DNA of 64,000 nucleotides. It comes from a virus. Its lineage: Duplodnaviria > Caudoviricetes. The stretch covers positions 1-64,000 of the IMG/VR virus record IMGVR_UViG_3300014205_000213; one strand, written 5' to 3'. Numbering within the stretch: the stretch's first letter is position 1; each line of letters opens with the position of its first letter. The notes under the pieces are model-generated. The model was not told where the DNA came from and made no database searches. It saw only the letters and a program-made list of their open reading frames with translations. Both the position numbers and the translations under genes were made by a program. This document shows positions 46,627-55,736 of the stretch, piece after piece.

Positions 46627-46670
46627 ATGGACGCATGTAACTAATATGAACCAAAATAAAACCAAGTAGA

Positions 46671-46898
46671 ATGAAAAAAATCATTTTTGTAACTGAAAAA
46701 ATGGACGAGGCATGGGTAGATTTACTTTATGCCAATGAGCCTGATCTGAATGATCCTTACTTCCCCAAAGAGGTATTATGCATTGACGGGGAAATTGTGA
46801 CTTTACTAATTACGGTTAATGATGTGCAGTACATTTGTATTTCCAATCCGAGAGACAGGAATACATGGTACCATGTCATAACAACTCAGGAAGCATGA
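46671..46898 (+). CDS. hypothetical early protein
   Basis: 75-aa ORF. Confidence 0.6.
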   Translation: MKKIIFVTEKMDEAWVDLLYANEPDLNDPYFPKEVLCIDGEIVTLLITVNDVQYICISNPRDRNTWYHVITTQEA

Positions 46899-47116
46899 TG
46901 AAACGAACAAAGTGGACGACAATGCGACTAAAAAGGAGCTGTCCACCAAAAAGTAAGACCTACGTGGATGGAAAGGGTACTCTCCACATAGGATTATTAA
47001 ATAGGTACCTACGTAAGGCTAAAAAACGAGGAGTCATGGGTTTGGAATTCTATGACTCTGAAAACGACATCCGAACTATTTTTATTTTCAAACAACCACT
47101 AAAAAGAACAAGATGA
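46895..47116 (+). CDS. basic hypothetical protein, (M)MKRTK N-terminus
   Basis: Start moved to the ATGA overlap at 46895. Confidence 0.6.
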   Translation: MMKRTKWTTMRLKRSCPPKSKTYVDGKGTLHIGLLNRYLRKAKKRGVMGLEFYDSENDIRTIFIFKQPLKRTR

Positions 47117-47301
47117 AAACAAGAAAATGGCAGTATGGTCCAACCATAATTAACTTCACATGTGAAGATTTTGAAGAGAATGGAACCTGGTTAGATACCT
47201 TGGTTTACATAAACGGATATGAAGTCTGTGTCATTGCTGGATTTGATATTAACAACTTTATCAATGACTACAAAAGTTTGATAACTAAATACAGAATTTG
47301 A
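47113..47301 (+). CDS. hypothetical early protein
   Basis: Coupled ORF. Confidence 0.6.
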   Translation: MKTRKWQYGPTIINFTCEDFEENGTWLDTLVYINGYEVCVIAGFDINNFINDYKSLITKYRI

Positions 47302-47302
47302 A

Positions 47303-47524
47303 ATGAGAATGAGAAATGGAACTTATTATTTAAACAATTCTGGCAGTCGCTGGATTGTTTATGAAAATGGCAAAAAGTCTACTATTACGTTGGAAACTAA
47401 GTCACATAATTTTGTTACCAGAACCGTAATTTATTACTTCTCCTTCGGCAATTTTGCTGGAGCCCTTATCTCCTATAAAGGAAAAAGAATCAGAGTTTTG
47501 AAATCAACTATTTTGGAGGACTAA
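47303..47524 (+). CDS. hypothetical early protein
   Basis: Coupled ORF. Confidence 0.6.
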   Translation: MRMRNGTYYLNNSGSRWIVYENGKKSTITLETKSHNFVTRTVIYYFSFGNFAGALISYKGKRIRVLKSTILED

Positions 47525-47527
47525 AAA

Positions 47528-47758
47528 ATGAAATCAATCACATTAGAAGAAGCCAAAAAATTGAGTCCAGGAGAGTGGATATACCATCGGACTGAAAGAG
47601 ACTCCAAAGGTAATCCAAAGAGATGGAAAGTCTCTGGGAAACCTATTGTCTGGAAAAAGACTCCTGAAAGGGTAGAAGTTCCATTAAAATATGGAATGTA
47701 CACCAATAGCAGGTTAACAGAAAGAAATCTTTATTACTTTTCACTAACAGATTATTAA
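47528..47758 (+). CDS. hypothetical early protein
   Basis: Coupled ORF. Confidence 0.6.
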   Translation: MKSITLEEAKKLSPGEWIYHRTERDSKGNPKRWKVSGKPIVWKKTPERVEVPLKYGMYTNSRLTERNLYYFSLTDY

Positions 47759-47760
47759 TC

Positions 47761-47970
47761 ATGAAAGTATGGAGAGCTAAAAAGATGGTGAGAAGAGTTC
47801 AAAGTTTAATTCACGAACATTCTATATTGAACTCTTTAATAAAAAGTACCGAAGAATTGGCAAAAAGGCCAAATTACGACATGGATACATCCTATCTCCC
47901 AAATTACAGAAGGAGACTGGCAAGTATTGAAAAAACATTTGACGAAATCTTTAATACACCTGAAAAATGA
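47761..47970 (+). CDS. hypothetical early protein
   Basis: Coupled ORF. Confidence 0.6.
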   Translation: MKVWRAKKMVRRVQSLIHEHSILNSLIKSTEELAKRPNYDMDTSYLPNYRRRLASIEKTFDEIFNTPEK

Positions 47971-48236
47971 AAGTACAAAAAATAGAATTGATAGAAAAGG
48001 CTCAAGACCTTATTATGGAAGCGATTGCTTTATTAGAAGTAGCCCTTCAAAAAGATGAGGATTCAAAAGAGTATCTTTTGAACCAAATCAAAACCTACAC
48101 ATCATCGGACTTCGGCTTTGTATCAGCCAATTTGAATATGGACGAGCTTATTTTGAAATATTCAAAGGATAAAGAAAAGATAGATATAGGTGAAGATATT
48201 ATTGATATACTTTATAATAATAATTCTGATTGTTAA
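47967..48236 (+). CDS. hypothetical early protein
   Basis: ATGA overlap with the upstream gene. Confidence 0.6.
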   Translation: MKVQKIELIEKAQDLIMEAIALLEVALQKDEDSKEYLLNQIKTYTSSDFGFVSANLNMDELILKYSKDKEKIDIGEDIIDILYNNNSDC

Positions 48237-48255
48237 ACCAAAAAACCCAAAAAAG

Positions 48256-48789
48256 ATGAAAAAAATGAATTTAGAAATTGTTGTTAACCCTTCCATTAAG
48301 GATGTTATCTTAATTGATGGAGAACCTCTTTTAGGTAAGGTGAATCCTTTCACATCAGAAATGGTAGATGAAGTCGAAAAATGGTACAAAGAACTCCTGT
48401 TATCTACCATGGAGGAAGGTTTATCTGTTCATGATATTGTTGAAAAGGTTTTAAAAGAAAGAAAGGAAGATGGAATTGACTTAGCCAGATACATATTCCT
48501 TGTCGGTCAAATTCGAAGTCATTGTGATTCTGAACACAACATGTTCATCCTCTCCATGTTACTTGGTTGTAAGAGGGGAACTCCCACCACAGAAATTCTT
48601 TCCCTGCAAAGAAATTTTGCATTATCTTACCTGGCAAAGAAAGACAAACTTGATCCGTACGTGGAGATAAAAGCCAATATGATGACATTGATCATATATT
48701 CCAGCATACTATATTTGATGCAACACAAAGATGAAGCCGAGGCCTGTTCCTTATTACTTGCTTTACAAGGGTTTACACCCACAAATTAA
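48256..48789 (+). CDS. hypothetical protein
   Basis: Start moved to the ATG at 48256. Confidence 0.6.
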   Translation: MKKMNLEIVVNPSIKDVILIDGEPLLGKVNPFTSEMVDEVEKWYKELLLSTMEEGLSVHDIVEKVLKERKEDGIDLARYIFLVGQIRSHCDSEHNMFILSMLLGCKRGTPTTEILSLQRNFALSYLAKKDKLDPYVEIKANMMTLIIYSSILYLMQHKDEAEACSLLLALQGFTPTN

Positions 48790-48805
48790 TTATTCTTTGT
48801 GAAAA

Positions 48806-48837
48806 TTTGTTGGTAATAAAATTAGTTGTTAACTTTG
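48806..48837 (+). promoter_or_regulatory. Bacteroidota-type primary sigma promoter
   Basis: TTTG (48806-48809), 20-nt spacer, TAACTTTG (48830-48837); intergenic, 24 nt before an ATG. Confidence 0.7.
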
Positions 48838-48861
48838 TTTTTTATAAAATTGTAAAACACT

Positions 48862-49056
48862 ATGAAAGAAAAAATTAGCCTTAATGAATTGAAAGAATTC
48901 TTCCGTGAACATTACGGATACATAGACATGGAATTGACAGACAAAGAACTGCTCGAGTTCTTACATGAAGCGAATAAGAAAGGGTATTCCCTACCAAGGA
49001 CGGCAGATATGTTATCAGACCTTTTACTTGCCAGCGGGGCATTCGCTCAGGAATAA
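48862..49056 (+). CDS. hypothetical protein
   Basis: ORF after the promoter. Confidence 0.6.
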   Translation: MKEKISLNELKEFFREHYGYIDMELTDKELLEFLHEANKKGYSLPRTADMLSDLLLASGAFAQE

Positions 49057-49301
49057 TGAAAACTTTATCAGGCAAAAAGATTAGTGAATGTTACCTGTTC
49101 TACGAAAATATAATTGTGGTAGATAAATCAGGTAAGCAGTATTTTCTAAAAAAGGAACATCTCATGGACATAGTTACAAAAGCCATGAAGGAGGTAACCT
49201 TTGAAGTAACAAAAAAGAGGACGCGAACATGGTTAGTACCAAACATTAAACCAAGAAAACCAAAACATGGTGGAAAAAAGAGCAGTGATAGCACTAAATG
49301 A
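49056..49301 (+). CDS. hypothetical protein
   Basis: TAATG overlap. Confidence 0.55.
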   Translation: MKTLSGKKISECYLFYENIIVVDKSGKQYFLKKEHLMDIVTKAMKEVTFEVTKKRTRTWLVPNIKPRKPKHGGKKSSDSTK

Positions 49302-50898
49302 AAACAAGGATCGGGTCATTAAAATTATATTTTCCAATGATGATCTTGATTCCTTACACAAGGTACGGTCCCTTCCAGGTAGGAAGTTTCATTCTAAACA
49401 TAACTGTTGGAGCACCCCTGTTCGAGACGATGTAATTCATTCATTAAAGAATTGGGGTTTTCTTTTAGACCAAATATTGGAAAAAAAGATAGCAAAGACA
49501 GATTATTCGGAAAAGATAAAAAATCTCTCCATACCTGGGTTAAAGAAAGAACTTCGTTTATTCCAAAAGGCTGGTGTACATTTTATTGAAAGACACAATG
49601 GTAGAATTCTACTTGCCGACGAAATGGGATTAGGTAAAACCATACAAACATTAGCTTGGTTACAATTACGAAAAGAAGTCAGACCAGCCATAATTGTAAC
49701 ACCAGCCTCTTTAAAATTGAATTGGGCAAAAGAAGCTATTGATTGGATGAAAAATCCACAGGTAGAAATCCTAACTGGACAAACACCTTGGACTCCCAGC
49801 GGTAAGATATTAATCATTAATTATGATATTCTTTCCTACTGGGTTCGTGCTTTAATGAAAATTAATGCCATGGTATTGATCACGGATGAATGTTATTATT
49901 ATCAAAACACAACTGCCCAACGAACAAAACAATTGAAACTGCTTGCAAAAGGTATTCCCAAGTTTATTGCAATATCTGGTAATCCAATTGAGAATCGTCC
50001 AATTGAGATTTACAATGCCTGGAAATTAACCGATCCAGAAGGTTGTCCAGAGTATTGGGATTTTACAGGAAGATATTGTAAGAGACATAGAAATGGTTTT
50101 GGTTGGGATATGAGTGGAGCTTCCCACACCGAGGAATTGCATCAAAGATTAGTGGATACAATTATGCTCAGACGTAAAAAGGATGAAGTACTTACAGATC
50201 TCCCCGCTAAGACGCGATCATTTATTCCTATACAGTTATACAATGAGGCTGTTTATCAACGAGCAGAGGAGGACTTTCTCACCTATATCAGGGAAACAAA
50301 AGGGAGGGAGGCTGAGGAGAGGGCTTCGAGGGCTGAATCCTTTGCCAAAGTTGAGGTATTAAAACAGCTGGCTGTGGAAGGTAAAATGACTGAGGCTATA
50401 GAATGGATTGATAACTTTTTAAAGTCTGGCAGAAAGTTAGTTGTATTTGCTGTTCACAAATCTGTAATAAAAACTTTAATGACAAAATTTGGTGACATTG
50501 CTGTTAAGGTGGACGGAAGTTGTAATGCTCCAAAAAAGGAAGAGGCAAAAGTTCAATTCCAAACAAATCCAAACATTCGTTTATTTGTAGGGAATATTAA
50601 TGCGGCCAGAATGGGGCTTACATTAACTGCTGCACATGATTTAGTATTTCTTGAACTTCCTTGGACTCCTGGTGCCTTAGGGCAGGCGGAAGACAGAGTA
50701 CATAGGATCACACAAACAAAAGGAGTAGTCATTTATTTCCTACTCGCACTTGGAACCATAGAGGAAAAGATAGCCAAGTTACTGGACAAAAAACGAAAGG
50801 TTCTGGATGCCATTCTTGATGGTGTTGAAACAACGCAAGATGATTTATTATCAGAGTTAATTTCGGAATATAAACAATTAAAACCAAGAAAGAAATGA
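49267..50898 (+). CDS. Snf2-family helicase/translocase with HARP-like N-terminus
   Basis: LADEMGLGKTIQ, IINYDIL, TDECY, MLRRKKDEVL, GLTLTAA, QAEDRVHRI. Confidence 0.9.
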   Translation: MVEKRAVIALNENKDRVIKIIFSNDDLDSLHKVRSLPGRKFHSKHNCWSTPVRDDVIHSLKNWGFLLDQILEKKIAKTDYSEKIKNLSIPGLKKELRLFQKAGVHFIERHNGRILLADEMGLGKTIQTLAWLQLRKEVRPAIIVTPASLKLNWAKEAIDWMKNPQVEILTGQTPWTPSGKILIINYDILSYWVRALMKINAMVLITDECYYYQNTTAQRTKQLKLLAKGIPKFIAISGNPIENRPIEIYNAWKLTDPEGCPEYWDFTGRYCKRHRNGFGWDMSGASHTEELHQRLVDTIMLRRKKDEVLTDLPAKTRSFIPIQLYNEAVYQRAEEDFLTYIRETKGREAEERASRAESFAKVEVLKQLAVEGKMTEAIEWIDNFLKSGRKLVVFAVHKSVIKTLMTKFGDIAVKVDGSCNAPKKEEAKVQFQTNPNIRLFVGNINAARMGLTLTAAHDLVFLELPWTPGALGQAEDRVHRITQTKGVVIYFLLALGTIEEKIAKLLDKKRKVLDAILDGVETTQDDLLSELISEYKQLKPRKK

Positions 50899-51128
50899 AA
50901 AAAGGATTCAAACTTTGGTTCTTAAACGTGCTTTGGAGGATGCAGTTTAAGAAGGGGGTATTCAATGGAAAGAAAGGATATCATTGTACAGAATGTGTCT
51001 GTGGAAATTACTTCTCCTGTAATGACTTCCATTGCCCTGTTGAAGAAGAACCATATGGCAAAATGGTTTGGAAATTTAAAAACGATTGGTTAATCAAAAA
51101 ACTTAATAAATGGAGAACATCAATTTAA
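50895..51128 (+). CDS. Cys-rich hypothetical protein
   Basis: CTECVCG...CNDFHC. Confidence 0.6.
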   Translation: MKKGFKLWFLNVLWRMQFKKGVFNGKKGYHCTECVCGNYFSCNDFHCPVEEEPYGKMVWKFKNDWLIKKLNKWRTSI

Positions 51129-51556
51129 TTAGAAAAGTTGCGTGGTCATTTCATTATACAACAGGATTAGATTGGGATGATCTCTTTCAAGAAGCTGCAT
51201 ATGCATACTTGGAAGGAATAAAATCACATAATCCTAAGAAAGGAACAATATCCACCCACATGTGGGTATGTATGTCTAACCATTTAAGAAACTACATCAA
51301 GGAGCAGGAATATTATAACTGTACTTCACCCTTTGAAGAGGGGTACGATTTTCCCACTGACTCTAATGACTTCTTTGATAGATTAACCGAAGATGCTCAG
51401 ACAGTTGCACGAATGGTTTTATCCTCATCAAAGAAATTTGTAGTTTTAGATAAAGAAGAGGCTGAGGATCGATTGGTGCGTATATTAGCCAAACAGAGAT
51501 GGCCAGCAGAACGTATATGTCAAGCAATACTAAATTTAGAACAAGCATTTGAATAA
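51110..51556 (+). CDS. sigma70 region-2-containing (ECF-like) sigma factor
   Basis: LIRKVAWSF...DWDDLFQEAAYAYLEGIKSHNPKKGTISTHMWVCMSNHLRNYIK. Confidence 0.75.
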   Translation: MENINLIRKVAWSFHYTTGLDWDDLFQEAAYAYLEGIKSHNPKKGTISTHMWVCMSNHLRNYIKEQEYYNCTSPFEEGYDFPTDSNDFFDRLTEDAQTVARMVLSSSKKFVVLDKEEAEDRLVRILAKQRWPAERICQAILNLEQAFE

Positions 51557-51593
51557 ATAAACGAATTGTATAATAAATTAAAAATTTAAAATT

Positions 51594-51848
51594 ATGGCAC
51601 GAATGAACAATGAACTTTTTCATTTCCTCACATCGAGGAATATTTTTAAAGGCTATTCTCCAACCGAAGTTGCTTCCCAGGCAACTGAAAACAGGAGGAA
51701 AGAACGTCAAAGAGGAACCCTTGTATGGTTGTCCAAAGGATGGAGGACACTTCCTGAAACTGGACTCAAACGTGTAATAGGAAAAGGAACCTATATCAGA
51801 AGTCTTCATGGCAGATTAAAACATGACAGAAATATTTATAACGAATAG
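51594..51848 (+). CDS. basic hypothetical protein
   Basis: Follows TTGTATAATA at 51566. Confidence 0.55.
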   Translation: MARMNNELFHFLTSRNIFKGYSPTEVASQATENRRKERQRGTLVWLSKGWRTLPETGLKRVIGKGTYIRSLHGRLKHDRNIYNE

Positions 51849-51850
51849 TC

Positions 51851-52105
51851 ATGGCAATATTTGATTCTGTCTTCGGTAGATTTGAGAGGGGAGGTTGGGT
51901 TATTGGTGGTTATGTTCCTTCCTCTACTGATGAAATAAAAGATCTGATTGATAAGGAAATTCGTAATGCCACAAGAAAACAGGTATTGAATTGGAATAAG
52001 ACATTCAGAATTGATAAAGTCAAAGGTGACTTAACCACCTATCAAAAGATGAAAGTATTCACATTTTTACATAACCTTGATAATGCAAAAATAATTGAAT
52101 TATGA
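51851..52105 (+). CDS. hypothetical protein
   Basis: Coupled ORF. Confidence 0.6.
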   Translation: MAIFDSVFGRFERGGWVIGGYVPSSTDEIKDLIDKEIRNATRKQVLNWNKTFRIDKVKGDLTTYQKMKVFTFLHNLDNAKIIEL

Positions 52106-52302
52106 GCAGTAAAGAACAATTCAGAGATGCTCTTCATAGAGCGAATGATGCCGTTCATAGATTGTCTACAGAAAAAGATAAATTGGAAAAGGAGAACGGT
52201 TCCTTAAGAATACAAAATGAAAATTTATCTCAATCTAACAGAGATCTCAGAAAAGAACTTTCCAAGTTCTACGACAGAAAATGGTGGCAATTTTGGAAAT
52301 AA
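52102..52302 (+). CDS. small coiled-coil protein ending KWWQFWK
   Basis: Heptads plus an amphipathic Trp-rich tail. Confidence 0.65.
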   Translation: MSSKEQFRDALHRANDAVHRLSTEKDKLEKENGSLRIQNENLSQSNRDLRKELSKFYDRKWWQFWK

Positions 52303-52309
52303 AAACTAT

Positions 52310-52597
52310 ATGATACCAACAAACTGGATAAAAGGAAATTCAATTGCCTCATACTTTTTAAGGCAGGTTGAAAAAAATAAAGATGGAGAGATCATTTTAA
52401 GAAAATTATACAAATGTGCTTCCATCAGAGGAAATAACCTATCCGTATTCTGGATTGATGTTTGTAACAGGGAAATGAGCATGGCATTAAAATTATGTAT
52501 CCACTGCCCCTGTAATATACTTGAAGAAGCCTGTTCAAAATACGACGGCTCAGGAAAAGAACTTGTAAAAAAATATTTAGAGGAGACAAAAGTATGA
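52310..52597 (+). CDS. hypothetical protein
   Basis: Start moved to the ATG at 52310. Confidence 0.55.
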   Translation: MIPTNWIKGNSIASYFLRQVEKNKDGEIILRKLYKCASIRGNNLSVFWIDVCNREMSMALKLCIHCPCNILEEACSKYDGSGKELVKKYLEETKV

Positions 52598-52767
52598 AAG
52601 AAAAAATTGTTAATCTCATCACCAATTATCGTAGTAGAATAGCAAAGCTACAAAATACCATAAACTTTTACGAAAGAAGTGGTAGGGCAGGAGCCTGTAT
52701 TAATATCTCAGGAAAGATTGAAGCATATAATGCAGTAATTAAAGATTTAATGGAGGTTATTAAATGA
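52594..52767 (+). CDS. hypothetical protein (57 aa, not in ORF track)
   Basis: ATGA overlaps at both ends. Confidence 0.6.
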   Translation: MKEKIVNLITNYRSRIAKLQNTINFYERSGRAGACINISGKIEAYNAVIKDLMEVIK

Positions 52768-52997
52768 AAACAATCACATTCAAACCCGAATTTGAAAAGA
52801 AACTCAAAGAGTTGAAAGTCAAGACAAAGTTTGTCAATGCCATTGCGGTACATAATCATAAAATACACATGCTTGTTAGAGAAAGAGTGGATATTATAAA
52901 TGATTGTGAGTCTTTCCGTGACTTTATTAGGAGCGGATTTATCTGGTCCGAATCAAAGGAAGGTTTCTTCTTTTGGCACGATATAGCAAATTCATAA
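52764..52997 (+). CDS. hypothetical protein
   Basis: Coupled ORF. Confidence 0.6.
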   Translation: MKTITFKPEFEKKLKELKVKTKFVNAIAVHNHKIHMLVRERVDIINDCESFRDFIRSGFIWSESKEGFFFWHDIANS

Positions 52998-53917
52998 TGG
53001 ACATAGTTCAACTGTATATGGATTATGGTGTTGACTTTAGAACGGAAGGTCACAAACACTGCCGACCTGGTTGGGTTAACACTCCTTGTCCTTTCTGTAT
53101 AAGTGAACAAGGTCACGAAGGATATCATTTAGGTTATGAATTAAGCAGTGATCATTATTATTGTTGGAGATGTGGATGGCACCCAGCCTTACAAACCATA
53201 TCAAAACTTATAAATTTATCAGAGACCGAAACCAGAGGGATAATCAAAGGGTATGGACTTATCGTTTCTAAGCCTCCAATTAGTTTGACAAGCAAAGTTA
53301 ATACCAAAGACTATCGAATGCCCTCTGGTATAGGTCCTCTTGAAAAGAATCATATAACATATTTGGAAAAAAGAGGCTTCAATCCCTCCCAATTAATACG
53401 AGATTGGCACATCGTTGGTACAGGACCTATGAGCACGTTAGACGGGCTCTCTTATAAGTTTAGGATAATAGTGCCTGTAATATGGGAAGCCCGCGCAGTC
53501 TCCTTTATTTCACGTGACATCACAAACAAAAGCAGTTACAGGTATATAGTATGCCCAAAGGAGCGGGAATTAATACACCATAAACACATTATTTATGGAA
53601 AACAGGAGGATTGGACTGATGTCGGAATCTGTGTTGAAGGTGTTACTGATGTATGGCGTTTCGGTAGTATTGCATTTGCTACATTTGGTATTGAATATAC
53701 TCCACAACAAGTTCGAGTCATAGCAAAAAACTTCAAACGGGTGTTCATTATATTTGATGACGAACCTCAAGCACTTAATCAAGCAAACAAATTATCAGGA
53801 GACTTAAAGTTCAGAGGAATTGAAAGTAAAGTTATTTCAATAAGGGGGGATCCTGCAAGTCTATCACAAAAGGAAGCAAATTATTTATTGAAACAATTAT
53901 TAATAAATCGAAAATGA
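52997..53917 (+). CDS. DNA primase-like protein (Zn finger plus TOPRIM)
   Basis: CPFC...YYCWRCG; ICVEGVTDVW, ATFG, IIFDDEP. Confidence 0.8.
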   Translation: MDIVQLYMDYGVDFRTEGHKHCRPGWVNTPCPFCISEQGHEGYHLGYELSSDHYYCWRCGWHPALQTISKLINLSETETRGIIKGYGLIVSKPPISLTSKVNTKDYRMPSGIGPLEKNHITYLEKRGFNPSQLIRDWHIVGTGPMSTLDGLSYKFRIIVPVIWEARAVSFISRDITNKSSYRYIVCPKERELIHHKHIIYGKQEDWTDVGICVEGVTDVWRFGSIAFATFGIEYTPQQVRVIAKNFKRVFIIFDDEPQALNQANKLSGDLKFRGIESKVISIRGDPASLSQKEANYLLKQLLINRK

Positions 53918-54075
53918 TTAGAACAAAACAACCAATTAAAGTAACCTTGGAGACAGGGGAAGTTAAAATATTAAATATTTCTAACTCTTTATCAGATAAA
54001 GAAATTATATGGTTACTTCATTTGGTATACGGAGCACAAAGTTGGTTAGAATATAAAATAAAAAAAGCAGTATGA
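53914..54075 (+). CDS. hypothetical protein (53 aa, MIRTK N-terminus, not in ORF track)
   Basis: ATGA overlaps at both ends. Confidence 0.55.
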   Translation: MIRTKQPIKVTLETGEVKILNISNSLSDKEIIWLLHLVYGAQSWLEYKIKKAV

Positions 54076-54431
54076 AAAGAACTAAATTTCCTATTCGAGG
54101 TCGGTTTACTTTCAAAAACTATGAACGTACAGGAAGGTTTAGATCATTTGATCCAAAAGGATGCCATATTAAATTGAGAGGAGAGATTGTTGGTTTTATT
54201 CAAGAAAGAAAATCATACGGTTTGCAACCAAATGAAGTACTTTTGGACAGATTCTCCATATCTTTTAGGCTTAATAAAGAAGACATTATGGAAGATGGAA
54301 ATTTTAATTGTGTTTGGAAGAACGCTACCTTGGCAAAAAAGGCAGATAGTTTGAAAGATGCAAAAGAATTTATACTAAAATTTAATGATGAAATTCAAAA
54401 GAAGTTCAATATTTATTTAAAAACAGATTAA
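54072..54431 (+). CDS. hypothetical protein, MKRTK N-terminus
   Basis: 119-aa ORF. Confidence 0.65.
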   Translation: MKRTKFPIRGRFTFKNYERTGRFRSFDPKGCHIKLRGEIVGFIQERKSYGLQPNEVLLDRFSISFRLNKEDIMEDGNFNCVWKNATLAKKADSLKDAKEFILKFNDEIQKKFNIYLKTD

Positions 54432-54435
54432 AACC

Positions 54436-54858
54436 ATGAAAATGAACAAAATTGATTTAATTAAGGCAGGTGCCGAGTTGAATTATGTACTCGGTTTAGA
54501 GAAACCTAATACAGGCGAACCAGGGGTAGACATCTATTCTTCCTCTGAAGAACAATTAAAGGAGGATATCCTCTTTGCTTCGCATCTGATATGCGATGCA
54601 GACACCTTTACTCCAGAGACCTGTTTTGTACTGGATGCGCTAAAGACTGAAAAAGAGAGAAAAGAAGGATTTAAAAGAAAAAACCCTCCTTCAGCCACTC
54701 TCACTCCAGCCAAGAACACAGCAATAAAGGAAGTGCTACGTCAGGCTGCAAATTGGCAGGAACTTATGACTAAGGCAGAAGCAAAAGATATTACATATGG
54801 TAATGCCAGAGAACGTGTAATTGAACGAATATTCAAATCACTTGTAGGAAAACTATAA
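54436..54858 (+). CDS. hypothetical protein sharing its N-domain with 60746-61735
   Basis: LIKAGAELNYVLGL versus [14 protein letters not shown]; DTFTPETCFVLDAL versus [14 protein letters not shown]. Confidence 0.7.
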   Translation: MKMNKIDLIKAGAELNYVLGLEKPNTGEPGVDIYSSSEEQLKEDILFASHLICDADTFTPETCFVLDALKTEKERKEGFKRKNPPSATLTPAKNTAIKEVLRQAANWQELMTKAEAKDITYGNARERVIERIFKSLVGKL

Positions 54859-54862
54859 AACC

Positions 54863-55180
54863 ATGAAAAGGACAAAATTCTCAAAACCGTTTGTGATTAC
54901 TGATGTTGAAGGAGTTCCTATCATCAGGCAACCAGCGCCCGGTACTATTGTTACACATACAGGATGGCATCCAGGACCAGGAATCCTAAAAGGATATCCT
55001 TGCGATGTTTATATTGTTGATGGTCATTATCAAGTAAACGGCAGGCTCTCAAATTACTTCCATTGGAGAAGAGTTTTAAAAGACTCAAAAGGTCATATTA
55101 CCTTAGGTAAGACAGTATCCGGATACGGATCATTTCATGAATGTAAAACGAAATATAATATTAAAGTTCAGGTAAAATAA
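54863..55180 (+). CDS. hypothetical protein, MKRTK N-terminus
   Basis: 105-aa ORF. Confidence 0.65.
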   Translation: MKRTKFSKPFVITDVEGVPIIRQPAPGTIVTHTGWHPGPGILKGYPCDVYIVDGHYQVNGRLSNYFHWRRVLKDSKGHITLGKTVSGYGSFHECKTKYNIKVQVK

Positions 55181-55190
55181 AACAGTAAAG

Positions 55191-55325
55191 ATGAAAACTA
55201 AAATTAAAAATAATAAACAAGGTGAATGCGGATTTTTTTGTTTTAAATATTGGATTGGATCAGGCTGTGATAATTGCTTAGATCACCATGTAAAAAGAAA
55301 TAACGCAACCCGCAAAAACAAGTAA
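55191..55325 (+). CDS. small Cys-rich protein (44 aa, not in ORF track)
   Basis: CGFFC...CDNC; stop lies inside shared box A. Confidence 0.45.
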   Translation: MKTKIKNNKQGECGFFCFKYWIGSGCDNCLDHHVKRNNATRKNK

Positions 55326-55727
55326 AAAGTAAGATTATGCAAGAATATTACAATGTCAGAAGATTAGCCTTAGTATTAGCTATTCAGGCTGAAATAGATG
55401 GAATGAAAGTTAAAAACTTAACTGATCCTGGAACTTATAATGAACAACAATTCATGGATAAAGCAGAAGAATTAAGATCAATGGCATATTGCCACGATGA
55501 ACAACTTTAACCCCGCCTAAAGATAAAAAACTATGGAAAGAGAATTAACATCAGAAGAAAAAATAGTTAGAGAAGTATCTGAAAAGAATAATCCGTATGC
55601 TCCTGAATGCCCTAATAAGCATTTATGGAGTGAAGGTTTTAGATGTGGATATAAATATGCCATTGGGGTATGTGATTTTGCAGACGCCGTATTTAAAAAG
55701 CCAGTAGAGATACCTGAGATAAGCGAT
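55319..55727. repeat. second copy of the three shared boxes
   Basis: 55319-55338, from 55507, and 55697-55727 match 9226, 9454 and 9637. Confidence 0.85.
55337..55510 (+). CDS. hypothetical protein (57 aa, not in ORF track)
   Basis: Starts in box A and stops in box B. Confidence 0.55.
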   Translation: MQEYYNVRRLALVLAIQAEIDGMKVKNLTDPGTYNEQQFMDKAEELRSMAYCHDEQL

Positions 55728-55736
55728 GAAAAATGA
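55533..55736 (+). CDS. hypothetical protein ending KPVEIPEISDEK
   Basis: 67-aa ORF between boxes B and C. Confidence 0.6.
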   Translation: MERELTSEEKIVREVSEKNNPYAPECPNKHLWSEGFRCGYKYAIGVCDFADAVFKKPVEIPEISDEK

